This document shows, piece after piece, positions 10,281-18,928 of a stretch of DNA of 64,000 bases. A program made the translations under genes and the position numbers. The stretch is taken from the sequence record LR756500.1. The stretch is one strand, 5' to 3'. How positions within the stretch are numbered: position 1 is the first letter of the stretch; every line of letters begins with the position of its first letter. The notes under the pieces were generated by a model, which saw only the letters and a list, made by a program, of their open reading frames with translations, was not told the DNA's origin and ran no database searches.

Positions 10281-10548
10281 CGGCCTTCACCCACCAATTC
10301 ATTCCTTTCATCATACATCAACCACAATGCACGATTACTTTATACCACTTAGTTACATGAACCCTTTGTCACGAGCGCAAAATTTCCTTATTCTCTTCAT
10401 GAACCCTACCCTACCATTCGGGCCCATCCCTCCTAAAATTTATTTAAAATTTTTTAAAATACTTTATTAATTATTTCCGATTCATCCCGATTTATATTAT
10501 ATTTATATAACAATTAAATATTTATAAACTTAATAAAATTACTACAAA

Positions 10549-11049
10549 ATGAAAACAGAAATTTCAAAAACAGAAAAAAGACTTAAAAAAGAAAAATCAA
10601 TGTTCTCAAACATGATTACACACTTTAAAGCAAACGGTATCAAATCAATCGAACTAATTCCAATCGAAATCCTAAAAGATATCGCAAAAGAACCTACATT
10701 CGAACAACCTGAGGACCCAAACAATCCAAATCCAAAACCAATCGAAAAAGAAAAAGAACCGGAACCAACTGAAAAAGAATACAAAGTTATCGGTTCACAC
10801 ACCACAAACAAAAAATTCAAATTCGAACTTACAATCCATCCCGAAGATACAAATGAAAACGGTCACCTACAGGTCCTACTTCATATGGAATGCAAACCAG
10901 ACCACTACATTACAATGCGTCCCCAAACAAACGGACAACTACTATTCATGGTTAACAACTTTGAGGTCGGTCTAATTGAACCAAAAACAGAAGAACCTTT
11001 ATTAGAAACAAACTCAACAACTACAAAACAATCAACAAAGAAAAAATAA
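10549..11049 (+). CDS. hypothetical protein, paralog B (Pro/Glu-rich insert)
   Basis: Clear paralog of 9777..10232. Confidence 0.8.
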   Translation: MKTEISKTEKRLKKEKSMFSNMITHFKANGIKSIELIPIEILKDIAKEPTFEQPEDPNNPNPKPIEKEKEPEPTEKEYKVIGSHTTNKKFKFELTIHPEDTNENGHLQVLLHMECKPDHYITMRPQTNGQLLFMVNNFEVGLIEPKTEEPLLETNSTTTKQSTKKK

Positions 11050-11064
11050 CCACCCTACAAACTT

Positions 11065-11095
11065 AAACGGGAATTCAATCAAAATTCCCGTTTTT
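11065..11095 (+). terminator. intrinsic terminator
   Basis: aaacgggaatt...aattcccgttttt. Confidence 0.75.
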
Positions 11096-11220
11096 AAAGG
11101 CCCACCCACGACCCTTACATGCATCATTTACCAACCTCTTTCATCCGACGGATTATCATGAATACCGGCCTATAGGAATCAAATATTTTTCGTGTCATGA
11201 TCACGACCTGTTGTTAAATG

Positions 11221-11310
11221 GGCCTTCACTAACTTGAGACGTCGGGCTAGATCGGATTATTATATAATTCAATATGATATCATTTTAATATCATTATAAT
11301 AAGTAAAATG
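11221..11310. other. candidate replication origin (C-rich to G-rich skew switch with an AT-rich palindrome)
   Basis: ttattata (11257-64)/tataataa (11295-302) flank the perfect palindrome atgatatcat (11274-83); skew flips here. Confidence 0.4.
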
Positions 11311-11410
11311 TAAATGAATAAGGTTAGATGATGTTAATATAAATGTGTTATTGATATGGGTATAGAGTAAAAACGATCATTATAGATTTAAATTTGAATG
11401 GATAGATAGA

Positions 11411-11634
11411 GGCGGACCGGTTTGGGAGACCAGAAGATAAGAGATAATTCTTTATATAGAAGAAGATTGTTATTTATATTGTTGTATAGAGAATGTTTTT
11501 TATATATAGGTAGTATTTTGTAAGAGTGTATAGATGTTTGTAATTATATAGAGTGTTGTTATAAAGAAGGTTGTTTATGAGACTATAGATATTATATAGA
11601 GTGTTATGTAGTATTTGTTTGGCGGACCGGTTTG
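11411..11634 (+). repeat. 14-bp direct repeat ggcggaccggtttg (11411, 11621), each followed by a gaccaga motif
   Basis: Exact match, GC-rich in an AT-rich non-coding context. Confidence 0.85.
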
Positions 11635-11705
11635 ATTTTTGTGTACGGGACCAGATTAGAGTTGTTGGATGTATTTTGGGATATATAATAAAAAATAGAG
11701 TTTAN

Positions 11706-12197
11706 NNNNNNNNNNNNNNNNNNNNNNNNNNGTTTGTTTATGAGACAGATTATGATTATTTTTATAATTCACAGGATAATGATGAAGATATTGATAATTC
11801 AAAAGAGGATTTGTTAGATGATATGAAAAATTGGGATGATAAAGAGATACGAAAACTTAGTATAGAGGCATATTATAAAAGTTTTAAAGTGTATAGTTTA
11901 AATCAAGATGTTGATAGATTGTTAAAGAATTTTGTGGATGTATATTCGATGTTTATAAGAAGATGTTTTAAAGAAGAGAGAAAGATTGATTATAATAGAG
12001 ATATAAATTTTTTTAGAAAGTATAAAGATAGATTAAATGATATGATTAAAAAATCATTAGAAAAAGATATTAATAAGTTGTTTGCAGATAAAAAATATGA
12101 TATAGGAGTTTATTATAGAAAGTTTGTTAATAAAAAGTTATATAATAAATATGAGCATTTATTTAATGCTGATGATTTTGGAATGTTAGATAATTAA
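11706..12197 (+). CDS. NADDFG-tag family protein 1 (start inferred inside the N-run)
   Basis: Ends HLFNADDFGMLDN; FVYE at 11733 lies exactly nine codons after 11706, as in sibling genes. Confidence 0.7.
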   Translation, partial: XXXXXXXXXFVYETDYDYFYNSQDNDEDIDNSKEDLLDDMKNWDDKEIRKLSIEAYYKSFKVYSLNQDVDRLLKNFVDVYSMFIRRCFKEERKIDYNRDINFFRKYKDRLNDMIKKSLEKDINKLFADKKYDIGVYYRKFVNKKLYNKYEHLFNADDFGMLDN

Positions 12198-12211
12198 AAT
12201 AAAGAAGTGAN

Positions 12212-12634
12212 NNNNNNNNNNNNNNNNNNNNNNNNNNGTTTATATTAGATGAAGGAGTTTTTCAGAAGTTGAAAGACTGGGGTAGTTCATTGTTTAGAAG
12301 TACAGTTGGAAAGATGTATATAAAGTATAATAATCCTAAGAATATGATTGAGAAGAAGTTTACTAATGCTGCTGATGTTATATTAGATGGTGTAGATGAA
12401 TTTTTAAATAGTAATGGAGAGTTATTATGGGATAAGTTGTTAAAAGAGAAGAAAGAAGAGGTTAGAAATTTTATAGCTACGTATAATGCATCATCTAGAT
12501 CTCATAAGACTAATGAACAAGAGTTATATGATTTTATTAAGTATGCTCTTAATAAGAAAGAAGATGATGGAGATGATGGTAAGTCTTATAACTCATATAG
12601 TAGTAAATCATATAAAACTAAATTTAGAAGATGA
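12212..12634 (+). CDS. family-associated protein with inferred N-terminal motif and no C-terminal tag
   Basis: In-frame FILDEGVFQKLKDWG begins at 12239, nine codons after 12212 inside the 27-nt N-run; gtttatattaga matches the 13446 gene. Confidence 0.65.
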   Translation, partial: XXXXXXXXXFILDEGVFQKLKDWGSSLFRSTVGKMYIKYNNPKNMIEKKFTNAADVILDGVDEFLNSNGELLWDKLLKEKKEEVRNFIATYNASSRSHKTNEQELYDFIKYALNKKEDDGDDGKSYNSYSSKSYKTKFRR

Positions 12635-13428
12635 AATTTATATTAGAGTATAAAGTTTTTGTTAATGATAATATTTTAAGAGATAAGATTATTGATATTT
12701 TTTCCAAAGTTGGAAAAGAAAGATATAATATTAAAGATATTAAAAAGATTGTAGATAGTAAAAGTTTTAAAACATTAGATGATAAAGTAAAAGAGATATT
12801 AAATAGGTATTTTAATATTTATAATAGAGATAAAAATTTAGAATTTAAATATATTATAGAAGAATTGAATAGGTATTTTCCTAAAGCTTTAGATAGACAA
12901 ATGGATAATATAATAGATGATATAGGAGATGATATAGATGTACGTTTTTTTAATATAGAAGATGAAGAAGATATAAAATTTTTAGCTAAAGATATTGAAA
13001 AATATATTAATAATTTTTTACTATTTATTTATATCGATAATAATGATATATGGGTAGAGAGATTAAATTTATTAAAGGTTAATGATAAATTTGTAGATTA
13101 TTTTATTGATTATGTATTAGAAGAATTAGATATGAAACATATTGATAAGATTAATTCAGAAAATTATAAAGCATTAATAAAAATATTTAATATTGATAAT
13201 GGTTATATTAAATTTAAAAGTGAAGGAATATTTTATAAAAAGATTGCAGAAAATGTTTTTAGGTATATTGTAAAGAGTATTGATAAAAAATTAATTGAAA
13301 ATTTAGATGAAATTATTAAGCAAAATAATTTTATAGTTCCATATTTTAAAGATGTATTAACTCCAGAGCAGATTAAAAAGTATGATCATATTTTGAATGC
13401 AGACGACTTTGGATTTTTAGATAATTAA
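12631..13428 (+). CDS. NADDFG-tag family protein 2
   Basis: Starts MKFILEYKVFVND, ends HILNADDFGFLDN. Confidence 0.85.
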   Translation: MKFILEYKVFVNDNILRDKIIDIFSKVGKERYNIKDIKKIVDSKSFKTLDDKVKEILNRYFNIYNRDKNLEFKYIIEELNRYFPKALDRQMDNIIDDIGDDIDVRFFNIEDEEDIKFLAKDIEKYINNFLLFIYIDNNDIWVERLNLLKVNDKFVDYFIDYVLEELDMKHIDKINSENYKALIKIFNIDNGYIKFKSEGIFYKKIAENVFRYIVKSIDKKLIENLDEIIKQNNFIVPYFKDVLTPEQIKKYDHILNADDFGFLDN

Positions 13429-13445
13429 AAAAAAAAAAGAATATA

Positions 13446-14282
13446 ATGAAATATATAAAGGAGTATGAAGAGTTTATATTAGAAGCTAATGAGGCTAAAT
13501 TAGNNNNNNNNNNNNNNNNNNNNNNNNNNNNNNNNNNNNNNNNNNNNNNNNNNNNNNNNNNNNCAAGTTTAGAGTTAATTGATAATGAGTTAACTTCGTT
13601 ACCTAAAGAGATAGGAAATTTAACGAAATTAACAAGTTTATATTTAAGTAGTAATAATTTGACTTCGTTGCCTAAAGAGATAGGAAATTTAACGAAATTA
13701 ACAAGTTTATATTTAGGTGTTAATCAAAAATTAAATGAGTTGCCTAAAGAGATAGGTAATTTAACTAAATTAATAACTTTACATTTAAATGATAATAAGT
13801 TGACTGAATTGCCAAAAGAGATAGGAAATTTAACGAAATTAACAAGTTTATATTTATATAGTAATAGNNNNNNNNNNNNNNNNNNNNNNNNNGGTAATTT
13901 AACAAAATTGACAAATTTAAATTTAGGTAAAAATATGTTGAGTAAGTTGCCAAAGGAGATAGGTAATTTAACAAAATTGACAAATTTAAATTTAGGTAAA
14001 AATATGTTGACTGAATTGCCAAAAGAGATAGGAAATTTAACGAAATTAACAAGTTTATATTTAAGTAGTAATAATTTGACTTCGTTGCCTATTGAATTGA
14101 TTAAATGGAAATTTTTTGATGAATTATATTTAAGTAAATTAAGTGATGAATTATGGTTAAAATTATTTAATACAGATAAGTTTAAGGCGATAAAGCATAA
14201 AGATTTTCCAAAGAGGTTAAGAGGGAATAAAGAGGTAGAGGATATAGCGAATGCGGATGATTTTGGATTTTTCGATAATTAA
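13446..14282 (+). CDS. leucine-rich-repeat protein, NADDFG-tag family
   Basis: 23-aa repeats [23 protein letters not shown]; starts [13 protein letters not shown], ends [13 protein letters not shown]; contains two N-runs. Confidence 0.9.
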   Translation: MKYIKEYEEFILEANEAKLXXXXXXXXXXXXXXXXXXXXXSLELIDNELTSLPKEIGNLTKLTSLYLSSNNLTSLPKEIGNLTKLTSLYLGVNQKLNELPKEIGNLTKLITLHLNDNKLTELPKEIGNLTKLTSLYLYSNXXXXXXXXXGNLTKLTNLNLGKNMLSKLPKEIGNLTKLTNLNLGKNMLTELPKEIGNLTKLTSLYLSSNNLTSLPIELIKWKFFDELYLSKLSDELWLKLFNTDKFKAIKHKDFPKRLRGNKEVEDIANADDFGFFDN

Positions 14283-14297
14283 AAATAAATTAATAAA

Positions 14298-15077
14298 ATG
14301 AAGTACATAAAGGGATATGAAGATTTTATAACAAATAGTTTAAATGAAGCTAAAATTAAAGATGGAGAGAATGGATTAGAGTTTATAGCTAGATTAACTA
14401 AAATTACAATTGATAATTTAATTAATAGAGATATTTTAAATTTAGGTGTTTATGCATTAACTGAATTACCAAAAGAGATAGGAAATTTAACAAAATTAAC
14501 TATGCTACGTTTATATAGTAATAAGTTGACTGAGTTGCCANNNNNNNNNNNNNNNNNNNNNNNCTTAACATATTTAGATTTAACTAACAATAAGTTGACT
14601 GAGTTGCCAAAAGAGATAGAAAATTTAACTAACTTAACATATTTATCCTTAGGTAGTAATCCGTTGAAGGAATTTCCAAAGGAAATAGGAAATTTAAAGA
14701 ATTTAGAAGAATTAAATTTAAATAGAAATCAGTTGGTTGAGTTGCCAAAGGAAATAGGAAATTTAACAAAATTAACAATTTTAAATTTAGGTAGTAATAA
14801 GTTTAAGGAGTGGCCAAAGGAGATAGATAAATTAAAAAATTTAACACATTTATATTTACATGATAATGAGTTGGAATCAATACCTGATGAGTTGGTTGAG
14901 CGGAAATGGTTTTATGAGTTAGATTTAAATAGATTGAGTGATGAAGTATGGTTAAGGTTGTTTAAGATGAATGGAATTAAGGTGATAAAGCATAAAGATT
15001 TTCCAAAAAAATTAAGGAGTAGTAAAGAAATTAATGATATAGCGAATGCGGACGATTTTGGATTTTTCGATAATTAG
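14298..15077 (+). CDS. leucine-rich-repeat protein, NADDFG-tag family
   Basis: [11 protein letters not shown] repeats; starts MKYIKGYEDF, ends [13 protein letters not shown]. Confidence 0.9.
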   Translation: MKYIKGYEDFITNSLNEAKIKDGENGLEFIARLTKITIDNLINRDILNLGVYALTELPKEIGNLTKLTMLRLYSNKLTELPXXXXXXXXLTYLDLTNNKLTELPKEIENLTNLTYLSLGSNPLKEFPKEIGNLKNLEELNLNRNQLVELPKEIGNLTKLTILNLGSNKFKEWPKEIDKLKNLTHLYLHDNELESIPDELVERKWFYELDLNRLSDEVWLRLFKMNGIKVIKHKDFPKKLRSSKEINDIANADDFGFFDN

Positions 15078-15898
15078 ATTAATCCAAAGTCATCAGCATT
15101 TATTAGATGGTTGTATTTGTTGTTTAAATATGAGTTAGTAATTACTATTTTTTTATATCTATTAAAATTAGATATATTTTTATTTAATATTTGATCAACT
15201 TTATTTATAATAATATCTTTAAAATAATCTTTAAATTTATTGTAATATGATTTATTAATATTTGAATAAGATAGTTTAAATTCAATAAGTTTATTATTTA
15301 AAAAATATAAATAGTTTATATTATCGTGGATATTTCCCCATTCTTCATTTATACGTTTAAGTATAAAGTTACAAAAAGAATCAAATGTTTCTTTATAGAA
15401 TTTTAAAAGTTCATTTTCTTCTAATGATATATCTTTTTTAAAATATTCTTCTATAAAAAAATCACAACTAAAAAGTTTTCGTTCTTGTTTATTATCGAAT
15501 TTTTTATTTATATCTGTTTTGAAATATTTAATTTTATTTTCAATTATTAAATCTTTATATTTATCGTATAGATTTGGAAAATATTTATTTAAATTTTCTT
15601 CTATTGCTGAAAAGTGTTTAATATTAAAGCTATAATCTTGATTTTTATGTATATAGTTATCTAAAACTAAATCTAATCTTTCTTCTAATGTTAAATGAGT
15701 ATATTCAATAATGATATCAAAAGGATAATCTTTTTCTTCAAATTCACTAGAAGATATATCTTTAAGAATTTCTATAGCAGCACTTGTTCGTATAGGATCT
15801 TTTTCTTTAGATTTTTTAAAATATGATTCTTCATTAATTTTAAATCTATTATTATAGACTTCGTTTAAAAATTCTGTATATTTAAAAATATATTTCAT
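15074..15898 (-). CDS. NADDFG-tag family protein
   Basis: Starts MKYIFKYTEFLNE, ends HLINADDFGLI. Confidence 0.85.
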   Translation of the reverse strand: MKYIFKYTEFLNEVYNNRFKINEESYFKKSKEKDPIRTSAAIEILKDISSSEFEEKDYPFDIIIEYTHLTLEERLDLVLDNYIHKNQDYSFNIKHFSAIEENLNKYFPNLYDKYKDLIIENKIKYFKTDINKKFDNKQERKLFSCDFFIEEYFKKDISLEENELLKFYKETFDSFCNFILKRINEEWGNIHDNINYLYFLNNKLIEFKLSYSNINKSYYNKFKDYFKDIIINKVDQILNKNISNFNRYKKIVITNSYLNNKYNHLINADDFGLI

Positions 15899-15906
15899 AT
15901 TATAAT

Positions 15907-17016
15907 TTAGTTATCAAAGAATCCAAATTCATCTGCATTATGTAATTCTTCAAATTCTTTTTTAAGTGTATCTGATAGTTTATTAATAGCTTTGAGTTTT
16001 CCTATAATAGTAAGATCTTTTTTAATTCTATTTCTCCAGTAGTCGTCAATTGCAGATTGAGTTAAATTAGGATTTTTTGAATAATTAAAATTTTTAGGTT
16101 CTACATTTAACGGAGCTCCTATTAAATTTTTTAAATAATTATTACTAACATCAAATTTATTTTTATTAGGTTCTAGAAATTCTATATTGAATCCGAAGTC
16201 TATTGATACCAAAAAGCTATTTGATAAATCTAGATTACTATCGAAAAAATATGTATTTGTAGATTTATTTATTTGTGATGGATTTAATTTTAATTTAACT
16301 ATTTCTAATTGTATTTTTTCTAAATTATTTATAATATTTTTAGCATCTTTACTATTACCAATAATTTTAAATTTAGGTAATGCTCCATTTAAAAATGATT
16401 TAAAAGAAATTGTAGAAGTATATAAATTATTTTTTGAATCTACATTATAAATAAGAGCATTTTCTATATTTAAAGTTGAACCTGGATATACACACCTTTC
16501 ATATTCATATGTTCTAAATGTATAGAAAGTTCCGGTTCTTTTTACATTTAATGTAAATTCTTGTATATTTTTTTCAATTGTTTCAGGATCTATTTTTGTT
16601 ATTCTTTTAGGAAAATCTATACCAAAAAATCTCCATTGAGCTTCTACTTCTTTTTGTACTAATTTTTTTATACTGTTTTTATAAGTATATCCATCATAAA
16701 ATTCTGTATCTCTTTGTATAAATACTACAAAATCTAAAGGATAAAATACGAAACAATCCCATTCTTTAGGATCATAATAATTAAAAAGATCTTTCGTTGA
16801 AAAATATTTACCATGTATTTGTGTTGAGATATTAATAAATTTATTTCGTGTCCAGTAATCAAACGCATCATTATTTAGAATTTTTACGATTATAAAGTCT
16901 TTTTCACTATTAATAATAGAACCATTTTTAATCGATTGACTAGAAATTTTTTGAAAATTTGCATATAAGTCTATATCACTTCTTTTAAATTCTTCGTATA
17001 ACGGTAAATATTTCAT
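15907..17016 (-). CDS. NADEFG-tag family protein with a short C-terminal LRR-like segment
   Basis: Starts MKYLPLYEEF; LDLSNS...FDVSNNYLKNLIGAP; ends LHNADEFGFFDN. Confidence 0.85.
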   Translation of the reverse strand: MKYLPLYEEFKRSDIDLYANFQKISSQSIKNGSIINSEKDFIIVKILNNDAFDYWTRNKFINISTQIHGKYFSTKDLFNYYDPKEWDCFVFYPLDFVVFIQRDTEFYDGYTYKNSIKKLVQKEVEAQWRFFGIDFPKRITKIDPETIEKNIQEFTLNVKRTGTFYTFRTYEYERCVYPGSTLNIENALIYNVDSKNNLYTSTISFKSFLNGALPKFKIIGNSKDAKNIINNLEKIQLEIVKLKLNPSQINKSTNTYFFDSNLDLSNSFLVSIDFGFNIEFLEPNKNKFDVSNNYLKNLIGAPLNVEPKNFNYSKNPNLTQSAIDDYWRNRIKKDLTIIGKLKAINKLSDTLKKEFEELHNADEFGFFDN

Positions 17017-17094
17017 ATAGTATTATTTAATTTAAATATATATCCAATAATAGAATTAAAATATATTTTAATTAGCTAACAAGATCTTTAAATA

Positions 17095-17102
17095 TATAAA
17101 TA
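17095..17102 (+). promoter_or_regulatory. possible T4-type late promoter TATAAATA
   Basis: Exact T4 late consensus 11 nt before the endolysin ATG; the AT-rich background makes a chance match plausible. Confidence 0.35.
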
Positions 17103-17113
17103 AAAGATATTTT

Positions 17114-17713
17114 ATGATTAATATTGAAAAATTAAAAGGACAAATTCCAGATATTGTTTATGATCAAATTGAATTAACTGCATCTAAATTTAATATTACC
17201 ACAAATTTAAGACTTGCACATTTTTTGGCACAGTGTTCTCACGAAAGTGGAGATTTTAGATTAGTTAAAGAAAATTTAAATTATTCTGCATCTGGTTTAT
17301 TAAAGATATTTCCAAAATATTTTACAACAGAAACTGCACCTTTATATGAAAGACAATCTCAAAAAATTGCTAATAAAGTATATGCTAATAGAATGAGTAA
17401 TGGAGATGAAAAATCTGGAGATGGATTTAAATTTTGTGGTAAAGGATATATCCAACTTACAGGTAAAGAAAATTATACAAAATTTTCTCAGTTTATTGGT
17501 GAAGATTGTGTAGCAAATTCAGATTTAGTTGCAACTAAATATCCGTTAGCTTCTGCTGCATTTTTCTTTGATAAAAATGGTTTATGGAGTATATGCGATA
17601 AAGGATCAACTATTGAAGTTGTTACATCTGTAACAAAAAGAGTTAATGGTGGAACTATTGGATTAGACGATAGAATAAATAAATTTAATAAATTTTGGAA
17701 CTTATTAAAATAA
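17114..17713 (+). CDS. GH19 (chitinase-like) endolysin
   Basis: AHFLAQCSHESG, ENLNYS, YANRMSNGD, GKGYIQLTGKENY motifs. Confidence 0.9.
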   Translation: MINIEKLKGQIPDIVYDQIELTASKFNITTNLRLAHFLAQCSHESGDFRLVKENLNYSASGLLKIFPKYFTTETAPLYERQSQKIANKVYANRMSNGDEKSGDGFKFCGKGYIQLTGKENYTKFSQFIGEDCVANSDLVATKYPLASAAFFFDKNGLWSICDKGSTIEVVTSVTKRVNGGTIGLDDRINKFNKFWNLLK

Positions 17714-17722
17714 AATTAAAAT

Positions 17723-18082
17723 ATGTTTAAAGAAAAATTATTATCATTACTTAAGCAATCTTCTAAGAGTCCATGGGGAGGATTTTCATCAACTAGAATA
17801 AGTGCTTATTTTTTATTGATTGCTATATTATTATTTTCTGTTGTATTTTTAGGAATAGAAGTATATGCTGCAGTTGTTTCACTAAAATTAACGGGAACAT
17901 ATGTTATATCAAATGAAGCAATAATTATTTTTGCATCATTATTAACTCATCATTTAACATTATTAGGCATAAATAAATCTAGTGAAACTAAACAATTAAA
18001 AAATAATAATACTAAACCAGAAGAAATAAATTCTGCGCAAAAGGCAGATGAAGTTAAAAAAGAAAATGAAGTAATTACTTAA
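17723..18082 (+). CDS. holin-like membrane protein
   Basis: Two hydrophobic segments and a charged C-tail, directly after the endolysin. Confidence 0.5.
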   Translation: MFKEKLLSLLKQSSKSPWGGFSSTRISAYFLLIAILLFSVVFLGIEVYAAVVSLKLTGTYVISNEAIIIFASLLTHHLTLLGINKSSETKQLKNNNTKPEEINSAQKADEVKKENEVIT

Positions 18083-18106
18083 AAAAACTAATTTAAATTA
18101 GTTTTT

Positions 18107-18340
18107 TTAATCTTTATTTTCGTTGTTTCTTAATACTATTTCTGCATATTTTTCAAACACTAAATCTCCTATTTCTTTTTTATCATCTCGTGTTAATTTA
18201 TGATATAAATTATCATCTGTAAAAAATTCTATTTTTACTACAGGATCATCGTATGTTAAATCAGTTACATAATAAACTTTTTCATTAACTGACATTGAAC
18301 CATTTAATTCAATGGTTATTATTTCTTTATTTGTTTCCAT
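18107..18340 (-). CDS. hypothetical protein
   Basis: 77-aa ORF overlapping the upstream sigma gene stop. Confidence 0.65.
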   Translation of the reverse strand: METNKEIITIELNGSMSVNEKVYYVTDLTYDDPVVKIEFFTDDNLYHKLTRDDKKEIGDLVFEKYAEIVLRNNENKD

Positions 18341-18872
18341 CTATTATTAAATTATAAAATATTTTGTTATATTTAAATAAAATTTGTTTTACTATAGGTA
18401 ATGTGTAATTAAGTTCTTCAACAATCTCTTGATATTTTTTATATTCAATATATCTTTTACTTAAAATTTTTTTATCTCTTTCAGATTTAATAGAATAAAT
18501 AAAATTTGTTATTTTATTACATAATTCTTTAAATATTAAATTATTATCTGTTTTATAATCAGATTTAATATCTAAATACTCAATATCGGATAATACTTCA
18601 TATTTTCTTTTAATAGATTGTTTTTTCTTAAAATAATCGCTGCATTCATTAACTGTTATAGTACAAATCCAATTAGAAAATTTTTGATTAATATCATATG
18701 TATGTATTTTAGAAAAAACTTTAATAAAAACATTTTGAATTATTTCATTAATGTCTTCAATATTTTTAATTTTTGCTGATGCAATTTTTTTAACATAAGC
18801 ATAATATTTATCATATAATTCTTTTTGAGAATTATTATTATTATTTAATACACCTAATATTATAGATTCCAT
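18327..18872 (-). CDS. ECF-type RNA polymerase sigma factor
   Basis: Region 2 QKELYDKY...EIIQNVFIKVFSKIHTYD...FSNWICTITVNECSDY plus a C-terminal HTH (YQEIVEELN). Confidence 0.8.
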   Translation of the reverse strand: MESIILGVLNNNNNSQKELYDKYYAYVKKIASAKIKNIEDINEIIQNVFIKVFSKIHTYDINQKFSNWICTITVNECSDYFKKKQSIKRKYEVLSDIEYLDIKSDYKTDNNLIFKELCNKITNFIYSIKSERDKKILSKRYIEYKKYQEIVEELNYTLPIVKQILFKYNKIFYNLIIDGNK

Positions 18873-18928
18873 TTTTAAGCTTTAAAAAAGATCTATTGCT
18901 AGATCTTTTTTTTAATGTTTAAATTAAA

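Larger units (their letters stand above)
1021..10505 (+). promoter_or_regulatory. Repeated promoter motif (T)TATTATATTTA upstream of + strand early-type genes
   Basis: Copies at 1021, 1740, 3298, 4091, 4412, 4942, 5593, 7217, 7618, 8862, 9720 and 10495, most 25-50 nt upstream of an ATG; the core TATATTTA resembles the Bacteroidota -7 box TAnnTTTG. Confidence 0.8.

Noticed and set aside
4304-14563. N-runs as a biological signal
   Set aside because: They are gaps or masking over repeated sequence; they were used only to predict hidden starts, not as evidence of variability.
13446-15077. Diversity-generating retroelement acting on the LRR genes
   Set aside because: No reverse transcriptase in the window, and repeat differences are not confined to adenines; ordinary internal LRR duplication explains them.
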